Origin: Ascidiella aspersa
Taxonomy: Eukaryota
Reading direction: 5' to 3'
Length of the DNA: 64,000 bases
NCBI GenBank assembly: GCA_963924565.1
Contig: OZ004607.1
Coordinates: 30,442,001 to 30,506,000, forward strand
The translations under genes were made by a program, and so were the position numbers. The notes under the pieces are model-generated. The model was given only the letters and a program-made list of their open reading frames with translations. It did no database searches and was not told where the DNA came from. This document shows, piece after piece, positions 24,129 to 34,840 of this stretch (its first letter is position 1; the number at the start of each line of letters is the position of its first letter).

Positions 24129-27125
24129 ATGAACACTGATAGAAAAAAATTAAACGATAACAGCGTTAACGGTAACCAACTCCAGTCAGGAGCAGTTATC
24201 TCGCTCGGTAGGGATCATGATGTTCGTCAGGTCATACCCGATCGTCATTCAGCTACTCGTCGAAACCAATCAAAGTTAAAAAGGATTGCAACATGGAATG
24301 TACGAACCATGCATCAGAAAGGAAAAGTGGAAAATGTGATTTTGGAGATGAAGAGGTTAAAAATTGATATTCTTGGCATATCTGAAATGAGATGGACAGA
24401 CCAAGGCGAAATTACTAAACAAGGATTTAAAATCATATGGTCTGGAGGAAGCAAGCATGAGCGTGGCGTTGGTTTCATACTCGGAAATAAAACTGCTGAA
24501 AGTTTTATGGGATGCTTGGCTGTATCCGATAGAATCATTCTTCTTAAACTGAAAGGTCAGAGGACTAATCTCAACATTATACAGGTTTATGCTCCTACTG
24601 AAAAAGCCCCTGACGATGAGATTAGAACGTTCTACACACAACTGAATTTAGTTAAAAAGAAATGCAAACACGGTGAAATTATAATTGTGATGGGAGATTT
24701 CAATGCAAAGGTGGGAAGAGGAAGAGACGGAGATATTGTTGGGGGTCATGGACTTGGCGATCGCAATGATCGTGGAGATTTGTTCGTGGATTGGTGTCGT
24801 ATCAACGATCTCACTATAAGCAACACATGGTTTCAGAATCATCCACGCCGCATCTGGACATGGAAATCACCAGGAGACCAGACCAGAAATCAAATAGATT
24901 ACATCACAATTTCAAGGCGCTTCAGGAATAGTGTTTTAAATGCAAAGACTTATCCAAGTGCTGACTGCTCGAGCGACCATGTACCTGTTGTCGCAAATAT
25001 CTATACCAAACTAAAGATTTGTCGAAAACCGGTAAGAAAACTGCAATACAATGTTGCCGCCTGTCAAAATGCAAAAATAAAGGAAGTACTGAAACATGAA
25101 ATGGGTAATGCACTGAAAAACCTGCATGACAAAAAACAGAGTTGGCCAGAAGACATATTCCAGGAAATCAAAACGTCACTGAGAATATTAATGGAAAACA
25201 ACCTTCCGAAAGTCCAGAGAGAGAACTTGCAAAGCTGGATGACAGATGAAATAAGAGGTTTACTGGAAAAAAGGCGCAGAACCAAAAGAAATCTTAAGAA
25301 GTACAAGGAATTAGATAGGTGTATTAAATTAAAGTGCAACTCTGCTTATGAAGAATTTCTAAATAAAAAATGTCAAGAGGTAGATAAGCTTTTTAATATC
25401 AGCGCGAAAGAAGCTCACCAAAAAATTAATCAGCTCAATGGAAAGAAGGAAAACTGGATAAAATCGGGCTGCGTGAAGAGTAAAACCGGAAAGATCTTGT
25501 TTCAAAAAGAGGAAATTAAAAATCGTTGGCGAGAATACACCCAGGAACTGTACAGTGATCCAACAAGAAACGCCCCACCAATTATGTTTAAAGAACCACT
25601 AACTGGGCCAGAAGTAATGAAATGTGAGGTTGAGAAAGCCCTGGCTAGCATGAAAAATGGAAAGGCGGTTGGTCCTGATGAAATTCCAATAGAAGTGTTG
25701 AAGGCTTTGGATGACATTGGAATCAATTTACTTCTACTTCTTATAAATAGCATTTACAACACTGGTCAAATTCCTCAAGACATGCGGAAGTCGATTTTTG
25801 TCGCACTGCCAAAAAAAGCAGGAGCAATCGAGTGCAAAGATTATAGGACAATAAGCCTTATGAGCCATATTGTTAAATTACTGCTAAGAATATGTATGAA
25901 TCGAATGAAAAACAAAATTAATGCAGAAATTGCAGAAGAACAATATGGGTTTATGACTGACAAAGGGACACGAAATGCGATATACGTGATGAGAATACTC
26001 AGCGAAAGAGCAATCGAAATGCAACAAAAACTTTATGTTTGCTTTCTTGACTACAGGAAAGCTTTTGATCGGGTCAATCATGCGCAGATGCTACAGATGC
26101 TAAAAAACATCAACATTGATGACAAGGATCTAAGAATCATTCAAAACCTTTACTACAACCAACATGCAGTGGTGCGCGTGGGAGACTCCGAAACCGAAGT
26201 TATTACCATAGAAAAGGGTGTCCGACAGGGATGTGTGTTATCTCCAGACCTTTTTAATTTATATAGCGAAATCATCTTAAGAAGCATAGCTGACTTAGAA
26301 GGGATCAAAGTTGGTGGTGTAAACATCAACAATATTCGGTACGCTGATGATACGGTACTTATTGCAACATCCGAGAAGAAGCTTCAAAATATGGTAACAA
26401 CAGTGGAAGAAGAAAGTGTGAAAATGGGAATGGCTTTAAATGAAGATAAAACAGAATGTATGGTAATTGCCAAAGTAGCAGGTGTGAACAAATGTAATAT
26501 ACTAGTTTCAGATAAACCAATTAAACAAACCCGAAGATTTAGATACCTTGGTTGTATACTTACAGATGATGGTCGGTCCAAATCTGAAATTAAAGCCAGA
26601 ATTGCACAGGCAAAAAATTGCTTTATAAATCTCAAGTCAATTTTGACAAACAAAAAATTAAATGTAAATACCCGTGTGAGAGTTCTTAAAAGTTATGTGT
26701 GGCCTGTTCTTCTCTACGGGTGTGAAAGTTGGACTTTCACAAAGGAACTGATTGACAACCTGAGTGCCGCTGAGATGTGGTTCCTGAGGAAAATGCAGCG
26801 TATATCTTTTACGTCCCATAAAACCAATCAAGAGGTACTGATTCAGACCAATCAACAGAGATCACTGTTAAGCACTATAAAACTTAGACAACTCAAGTTT
26901 TTCGGCCATATAACCAGACACCAAAAACAAGAATTCATAATTTCGTGTGGCAAAATATGTGGAAATCGTGCACCTGGACGACAAAGAAAAATGCTTATAA
27001 ATCAACTGAGGGACTTTCTGAACATCAAAGCAGAGAATATTTTTGAATTAGCAAGAAATAGTAACATATGGAGAAAACAGTGTTTCATGGCAGCCGAAGC
27101 CTGGTTCAGGCATGGCACTGAATGA
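24129..27125 (+). CDS. RTE LINE ORF: APE endonuclease + reverse transcriptase, 998 aa, uninterrupted
   Basis: APE motifs ATWNVRT, LGISEMRW, IQVYAPT, MGDFNAKVG, NQIDYI, SDHVPV. RT motifs QYGF, FLDYRKAFDRV, GVRQGCVLSPDLFNLY, YADD, YLG. RTE-type C-terminus (LLYGCESW...GRQRK) with no Cys-His finger. Confidence 0.97.
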   Translation: MNTDRKKLNDNSVNGNQLQSGAVISLGRDHDVRQVIPDRHSATRRNQSKLKRIATWNVRTMHQKGKVENVILEMKRLKIDILGISEMRWTDQGEITKQGFKIIWSGGSKHERGVGFILGNKTAESFMGCLAVSDRIILLKLKGQRTNLNIIQVYAPTEKAPDDEIRTFYTQLNLVKKKCKHGEIIIVMGDFNAKVGRGRDGDIVGGHGLGDRNDRGDLFVDWCRINDLTISNTWFQNHPRRIWTWKSPGDQTRNQIDYITISRRFRNSVLNAKTYPSADCSSDHVPVVANIYTKLKICRKPVRKLQYNVAACQNAKIKEVLKHEMGNALKNLHDKKQSWPEDIFQEIKTSLRILMENNLPKVQRENLQSWMTDEIRGLLEKRRRTKRNLKKYKELDRCIKLKCNSAYEEFLNKKCQEVDKLFNISAKEAHQKINQLNGKKENWIKSGCVKSKTGKILFQKEEIKNRWREYTQELYSDPTRNAPPIMFKEPLTGPEVMKCEVEKALASMKNGKAVGPDEIPIEVLKALDDIGINLLLLLINSIYNTGQIPQDMRKSIFVALPKKAGAIECKDYRTISLMSHIVKLLLRICMNRMKNKINAEIAEEQYGFMTDKGTRNAIYVMRILSERAIEMQQKLYVCFLDYRKAFDRVNHAQMLQMLKNINIDDKDLRIIQNLYYNQHAVVRVGDSETEVITIEKGVRQGCVLSPDLFNLYSEIILRSIADLEGIKVGGVNINNIRYADDTVLIATSEKKLQNMVTTVEEESVKMGMALNEDKTECMVIAKVAGVNKCNILVSDKPIKQTRRFRYLGCILTDDGRSKSEIKARIAQAKNCFINLKSILTNKKLNVNTRVRVLKSYVWPVLLYGCESWTFTKELIDNLSAAEMWFLRKMQRISFTSHKTNQEVLIQTNQQRSLLSTIKLRQLKFFGHITRHQKQEFIISCGKICGNRAPGRQRKMLINQLRDFLNIKAENIFELARNSNIWRKQCFMAAEAWFRHGTE

Positions 27126-27924
27126 TGATGACTGGAGACAGTGGAACGTCGGGTCAGATAACATCACCCTAAGCAAGACGGTGCAGCTAATTAAGGACAG
27201 AAGGGCAGTGACGGTAGGCAAGAGCGAGATTAACGCGAAAGTCTGTGAGTTAAAATTCAGCTGAGTGGATATTTTTGTCATTTTGAATAGCCATTAAACT
27301 GTTGAAAGTTCTCGAATTTCACCGAATTGAAATAACATTCCACCAATGATTTTTAATTTCACTGACAAAACATCTCTGTGTGGTTAGATATCGCAACCTT
27401 AATCAGTTTTTCTTTGGCTGTAATAGGTATACAGAAACACGCACTAAACAACGGTCGATTTTTCTTTGAACGATCTCTGGCTGTGCAAGTTTTGATATTT
27501 CCACCCGATTATAAACCTGACCTTTTTGCGGGCTTGGTCATTGATTTTGCGATCGATGCAGGCGATTTTGCGATTACCCCGAAGTTTTGGGCGTCGGGCG
27601 CTTTTTTTCGAATCGGGCACCGACCCTTCGTCTTGCTCACGTGACCGCAATCGATGCGAACATTGATGGAAAGTCGGTTTAAGTTTGGGCGAAATGGTTG
27701 AGTTCGCAGCGGTGGTCATGCGGCCATTTTAGGTCAAGGAAGCGCAATGTAATGAAAACGGAAAGCGTGCATCGCAGGACAATTACCCGTTTACAAGCGT
27801 CAGAATTCCGACGTTTAAATTTCCGGTGCTTAATTTGGGAGTAACAATCTGGGATTATCCCTATGTCCACCCTAAACTATAGTGGGTTACCAAGTGGGAT
27901 AATAATAAAAAATATATATATATT

Positions 27925-28103
27925 CAGTGTTATTTTTAAGGTGTTTTGGGGGACCGAAACGGTCCTTTCTCCAGCGGTTTCCCAAAAAATAATAAATAAT
28001 TCGTTTAAGCAAATATGGCTATTTTTTGATATTTAAAAGAAACACTTGCGGTCTCTTAAAACTACTTAGCAAGCACCCAAACCAAACCTTAAAAAAAAAA
28101 CTG
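27925..28103. mobile_element. hAT-type MITE, family A copy 1
   Basis: Termini CAGTGTTATTTTTAAGG / CCTTAAAAAAAAAACTG, 8-bp TSD TATATATT, and high similarity to 33776-33939. Confidence 0.88.
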
Positions 28104-31100
28104 TATATATTACATAATATATATACATTGACAAATCAACTTCAATAAAAGTGCATTAAAACTTGCCGAACAAATAGGAATTTAAAAAGAAATGATACCT
28201 TATGGCACAACTGCTTACCAAAAATCAGGCATTTGCTTAAGTTAACGTGGGGCTCGAAGATTCAAAATGGAAAATCCGACAAATATGACGTTTAAACATG
28301 TAATGCTATTTCGGTTTAGCGCGTTACGCTCTCAAACGACTCACATTTCGAGCAAACGGAAATGCCAACAGGGCGCGGGGTGGGTCCCTAAATACCATAG
28401 GGGGTCCAGGGTATTTCCCGGAACCCCGGATGGCCCGGGACGACCCGTCAACAAGCGCCCGCGTGTCGAGGCCTACAGGGAAAGCGAGCGAGCCCTGATC
28501 GATTTCAGGTTGCATAAACTGCGCGATGTTCTGTCTTCAAGAAACAAGCCAAATGCAGTGGCGGGTGGAAGACTTTTTCTGAAACCTTGTAACGCAATCC
28601 ACGCTTTTAATGGAAAATCTATCAAATAAACAGAAATTCTAAACTCGATATAAAAATGCTCCTGAGGCTGCCAAAAAACTTGGTTTGATCAAAATCTGGA
28701 ACCCTTGCACTTTAAAACTTGCAAAAATGCAATAACTAATGTTTTAGCGATACACAACGTTATTCTAAGCTTTGGTGATTTTACATTTGCGTTCGAAGCT
28801 CAAATCAATCCCAGCAAATCAATTATTTCTTGCTTTTCACGGCGTTTCGGCTGAATGCAAACAAAAGCTAACCCTCTGACTCCATCCTGACAGAGACCTA
28901 ACCATTTACTAGCACATCGAGGGGCGGCTCGTCTACTAAACTAAATGCAAACAAAATCTGAGCCCTTCAAATCTGACCATCCTGATCCAGCTGTAAAACC
29001 CTGATGACTGATCTGACTTACTACGATGCCTCGATTTTTAGGCACACCGACGAGCGAATGGCGTCAACACACAGGCTGGATATCACGCCAGCAAGTCAAG
29101 TGCGACAACCGCTTTTTCTGCAGCGAAAGCGAGCAAAATCCGAGAGGCAAAAACGGGCGGAAGCAGCCCCGATAAGGAATCACTGGCGGCGAAGGGCGCT
29201 ATCAATGCTGCTACAAGCCCAAACCTGCCGTAAAGACCCAGGCCGAGGTGCGACCACGCCGATATCGATAAGACGGTCGCCGTAATCCGACGCGACGGTG
29301 GCGGCGCGTAGGCTGTCCAGTGTCCCGTGTGTGTCGTTCGTTGTTCGACACACGCGCCCGCGACGGCGGAAGAAAAAAAGGCACCGGATCCTCGAGTCTC
29401 GAGGTGCTTTTTTATCGCTCGCTTGACTCTGACAAGCTTTTTCGATGCTCCGTGCAAGTGGTGTCGAATAACGCGGTTTGTTCGGGAATTATTATAGGTC
29501 GCTCTATATTCGCTAGTAAGCGGCGCTGCCAGTGACAGAATGTTGTTTGTTGACATTTGACGAACAGCCTTTTACGATTTTTTTCCAAAATCTATCGCCA
29601 TCCATAAAAGCAAGATCGATTTCGGTAACTTCATATTTGTAAAATTTTCGTTCGCTAAGTTTGACTTCTGTTTAATTATTTTCGTACGAAATACTCTTAC
29701 GCGACTTTCATATAAATATGTCCATCAAAACATTTTCTAACTTTACAATACAAATACTGGGATCAGCAAATCATTACCGGTATCCTTTAAGAATTGGGCT
29801 CGCCACGGATTAGTTTAACTCCCAAACGATCATATAATACTATTTCGATCCGCGTGCATCGAATGCCATTCATATCTCGACTTGCACACTGTACTTAGTC
29901 TGCGCCGCAAATCAACTTATTAAATTTGCGCAGCGAAATGCTCTTATGGCCGACCGGTCGGTTCCAAAACGAAGAGATGCCAAGCGGGGAGCGCGCATGC
30001 TCGAGTGTCGCAGCTGTGGCGTGAACAAACTCGATCCAACTTTATGCCGTGGAGCGGCGCACTGGGACGAAAAGCGGAACGCCCCTGTTTCCGAGGGCAA
30101 ACGGACGGTTCAGTCGGTTGCCAAGCGTCCACACAAAAGCATAGGCCGTGCAAAATCGTCCTTATTAATGAAATACCTTGGGTGTTAACAGTGGTCATTT
30201 TGGCGAAAAGAAATAGTGGTAGGTTGGGCACAAGGCAGTTGTGCACTCTAGGTATAGTTGGGGGGACTTTTAAGTATAAGTTGTTTCCACTTTCTAGGGC
30301 TTACTGTAATTTTTAAAATTTTCGCGCCTCTCGAATACTGGCTAAAAGGTTTTGAATTTTACAATTAGGAAACCGGGCTGCGAAGCCTATAATAGGATGC
30401 CAATAGTTTACCCTATTTTGGCATTGGAAGATTAATTGGACGTTTTACGGTTGTCTTCGTTCACAATACAACGCAACTCTGCAAATACGACCGCAATTCG
30501 ATAACGGGTGTTTGTCGCATCAAACCGCACTGTTCCATTCACTGGGGTTGCTGTGCTAAGTGGCTGTCAGCAATCACAACATGCTACTGTTGCTGAACCG
30601 ACCGACAGCTTGCCTTGTGTCACTGGCATTTGACACAACGCAGCACGCTCGTATACTAGCAACTAGCGTTTATGGCACTCTGGGGTTTATGTGTGACACT
30701 CTAGTGGCAAAACATATATCGGCGTTATCTCTGGTATGCTGTCGTATATGCTGACATTCGCAAGTAAACTTTAAAGAGCTGTTTGCTTCTCTTACGGGGC
30801 TGGTTTTTACATCTCGATATTTGTCGATGTAGCAGTTTCTGTTTTTCTACTGAATGTATGTATACCCAATAAAAATTAAAAAAATTTAAAGATTTGTAAA
30901 TATTAAGATTGGGATATCTCCACAGTTTTTTTTAAGTTACTCGACTTAGTTTTTATTTTCCTTGATGCAAAAAGTCTGCTGCTCTTTAAAAGCGGATTTG
31001 CACATACTTACTTAAACAACTACTACTCGGCTAAACACTAATGCTTTTTTTGAGACGAGCGAAAAAAGCGCCGGCCGGCAATTGAGTTTTTGGCACGCAA

Positions 31101-33775
31101 CTTGTAAACAGCTAGTTGTGTCGAAGATGGCCGTCGGCATTGTGCGGCCCCTAACGGTAAGCGAGCGAAACAGAGCGCACAAAGATACGATAAACAACCC
31201 CCCGTAACCGGGCACCGCGCCACCAAACAAAGTAGTCGCAAATGGTCGTTTAAAAAGGGAAAAAAACACCGGCCGCTAACTCTCGCAATCAACCTCTTAT
31301 ATCGAGCTAGGGTTGTGTGAGGGCGAATTGAAAGAAACACATTTACAAGATAGGAATATTTCTTGAACGGCTAAATGGGGGATAATAGCGGCACAGAGGT
31401 TCACAATCCTATTTTTAACTGTCACAACCTAAAAAACAGACCTCTAACTGACAGCAAAATGCCTGCAATGGGGTGTTTGGGCGCGTGAGAAAGTGGTAGC
31501 CCCTGTTAAATGCGCCGCAGCACACAATAGCCTCAGCTTTCGCGTGTGTCAAAGCCCGGAAAAAAGATACACTGCCCTACTTGCCTAACGTTTTTTTTTC
31601 GAACGTCGGTGCCCATTCGACCCACCGGGTATTTGTGTACAAGCAAACAATACAACATAACTGATTAGGCACCGGAGCCTTTGATACAAAACAAGGATAC
31701 TGTGTGCTGGGATGCTATGTCGCCTAAAACACCCGCACTACGACTGAAGGTAGCTGATGTAAAAAAGTCCACTAACAGTTAAACTGAAATGGACACCACT
31801 TTGTAAGAAATTACATCACAATTCTCCAGTGCCAAACTCATGTATTTCCAACTAACTGTTAAATAAACAAGAACGGTGTATATGTTCACTTAGAGTTATC
31901 TTAATTTCAATAACAATTAATTTTTATATAGCAATTGCAGTCTGGTTGCTGTGTTTTGAAGCTCTAGTAAACACTTATTTTACTCTTAAGTCAGATAAAC
32001 TACAGTCGGCAAACAGACCTAAAGTGGCAAACTGTGCGACAATTCAGCATATTTTGTAGCTTAACTTTAGCACTGCAACAAATATGTCCGAATTAAAATT
32101 TTCCTGTGCTATTCTGGTGGCATTTGTGCGTGGTCTTTCTCTTTTAGTATACAGTTTGTGCAGCAATTTGCAGTCCCTAAACTAACTGAACCACCCAACT
32201 CTTAAAAACGACTGGCTCTTCAAACCTCAAGATCTTTGCCTTTAAGCATGCGCACAAAGCCAACTACACAGCAAGCATCGCACAAAACGGTCCCTCCTAG
32301 TTGTCGTTAGGCGGGTTATGCGATCGCTATCAGCCGTTATCCAATGCAACCGGCACGTGCCTCGTTAGCCGCTGCTCCTAATCCGACTACAATGCTTCTG
32401 AGCGCAAATGATGACTCGAATAAGCCGGACTGCAACGGGCATCGAGCGAGGGGCCACGGGTCAGAGTTTCGACGCCAGTCATTTGATGTCGCATTAGCCG
32501 ACCGATGTTGGTCGCATGTTCAAAGCGCGATCCCACACAAAGGCTGTCTCTTGGCTTGGCTCGGCGATTGAATAGAAGGAGGCGGCTGGCGCTATAGGCG
32601 AGGGGCGACTTGTTTTTGTAGATACACCTCGAAGACGAACCGTGTTCGTTAGGCATCAAAGCGACTACTTAACAGCGTCAATACCAACCAAAGGCGCGTT
32701 TCATAACGCTCACAATGCAACCTTCACGTCCGTTTACACAGGGGCTGATAACTAGAAGCTAAAATAAATTACTTCGGCAAAGATCAAGTTACGCGAATGC
32801 TGCCCTACGCCAGAAACAGCGATCTCACCTAAAAACAAGATACAATTTGGTAAGAATTGTAAAATTGTTCATCCAGCAATTATTTTTTATTTAATATTTT
32901 TTTTAATTTTTATTAGATTTTTTCCGAATAAAAAACATTTGCCGGAAGAACAATTTTAAATTGATACAATGCATGGCAGCAACAGTATATTCACTATATG
33001 GTACGTTTCGATGCCTTATCAATTCCCTAAACGAAATACGTAAATTGCAAAGACACCTTTTTATAAATTTTACCTGCTTTTTTTCCAGTAAGTGCGAGGT
33101 ACTCCGATATTTGCTTAAACGATTTAAAATCGCTTACTCGCCTTAACTAGTTTGCGATGGCGATTAGAGCGCAGCCACGTGCAACTGCGGCAAATTGCTT
33201 TCCCACAGGCGTTGAGCATTTTGTAATCGAGAGTGTATTTGCCTCCTATTGTTCCCAGGGAGATCTTTCGACATTAGCGGAGATAACAGTCGAAACCGCT
33301 GCACGGCGCGTGGAGAGGGTAATGCTTTGTTTGATTAAGGCTTGTTGGTGTTGTTGTAATTATCAATAGCCCTAATCGCGTTAATTGGAAAAGCAAATAG
33401 TCTTGATTCACCGAAAGCTAAGATAGGTTGTTTTCCACCAATGGTTCTTAAAGTGGGGTGTGCGCCCCGCCAGTTGGGCTTGGTATAACTTTGGTGGGGT
33501 ATTGGTGTGTTTGTACTCAAGGAAAAATATATTGTTTAGACAAATAATTCTGATGGGGCGACTAAGTGGTTGATAAACTCATTATCATATGCTCTTTATA
33601 AATTTATTTTTTCTATATATATGTATATAATATGACGATCTTTCGCGGTACTACAGTAACTAGACACATTCCTATAATGTTTTGCGAAAAGCAATGTTTA
33701 AAACATTTTTCGACTAAGTTAAGCGATTGACAAACTAATTATCATCAGATATTCATAAAACTGAATATATAGGAC

Positions 33776-33939
33776 CAGTGTTTTTTTTAAGGTGTTTTGG
33801 GGGACCAAAACGGTCCCCAAAATTTCCCCAGCGGTTTCCCAAATTTTGGACTTGCAACTCTTTGGTATTTGAATGAAACACTTGCGGTCTCTTAAAACTA
33901 CTTAGCGGTCACCCAAACCAAACCTTTAAAAAAAACATG
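33776..33939. mobile_element. hAT-type MITE, family A copy 2
   Basis: Termini CAGTGTTTTTTTTAAGG / CCTTTAAAAAAAACATG and 8-bp TSD TATAGGAC. Shares GGTGTTTTGGGGGACC and ACACTTGCGGTCTCTTAAAACTACTTAGC with copy 1. Confidence 0.88.
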
Positions 33940-34438
33940 TATAGGACTAGTGAAGATTTTGCGGAAGCTGAACAAAAATGTTTTGCGAAAAGCAATGTTT
34001 GAGAAAGTTTTGAATAAAGTTACGTCAAGGACCTACATTTGTTATAAATAATTTTACGTGCTGCAACAACATCCGGCCAGTTTGCTTCAAAAGCGTTCTA
34101 ACAACGTCACGACGTTTCAGGTGGCGATGGCCATTATACCACGAAATGACCGGTCGCCGTACGGTCGTGAGATTCCATTAGGCGAAACTTTGACCAACTC
34201 CAGTAATTAGGTTCGATTAGCGCGCAATGTTCGGAGTATTAACGCGTCGCCAAGGCCAGTCGCATTCCGGTGTTCGCGCAATTGCGGAAGGCCGGTAGAC
34301 CTCGTCATATCCCAAAGGTGGCGGTTAGGCCGAAAGCGACACGCGGCCATTAGTCGCATGTCGCCGACGCGTTTTTTTCGCGATTTGCCAACTGCCGAAA
34401 CCTATTAGCATTTCGGGGCAGTTATTTAGATGCGCAGG

Positions 34439-34840
34439 TCAGTTGTGGTTCACCTTTTCCGGGTGTGCGTTGCATTCCAACTTTAAAAACCTTAACGGCC
34501 AAACTTAACTTTTCAAACCTAAACGTTAATGAAACATGTAATTGGTTAAGATATGTTTGTTTGGAATTTTGTGGGCTTTAATGATCGCCATTTAAACGAC
34601 GGGGTAATTTGACGGATTGTGATAATAATCTTGTTTTAATGAATTGTACATCAGATGTGGTTCACCATTTTACCGGGGTTGCAACCGTCGCGCAATTTTT
34701 GTAAAATTTCTATGCATAGCCAAATTTTATTTTTCAAACCCAAACGTCTATAAAATATGCAATTGGTTAAAATACGTTGTTTGGAATTTCGGGGGCCTTA
34801 ACATCGCGGTAATTTGTGGGATTGTGGTAATGATCTTGTT
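34439..34840. repeat. Diverged tandem duplication, two ~200-bp units starting at 34439 and 34651
   Basis: TCAG(T/A)TGTGGTTCACC, TTTTCAAACC.AAACGT, AATTGGTTAA, TGTTTGGAATTT, GGTAATTTG and ATCTTGTTT occur in the same order in both units. Confidence 0.85.

Larger units (their letters stand above)
23965..27130 (+). mobile_element. Apparently full-length RTE-clade non-LTR retrotransposon (LINE)
   Basis: Perfect 10-bp TSD ACTGGAGACA (23955-23964 and 27131-27140), one long ORF, and a short (TGA)n tail overlapping the stop. The 5' UTR motif GGCAATGGCAAACCA..TTCTTTGCC resembles RTE/BovB 5' ends. Confidence 0.93.

Noticed and set aside
24314-26855. Minus-strand ORFs inside the LINE
   Set aside because: Antisense shadows of the long + strand ORF.
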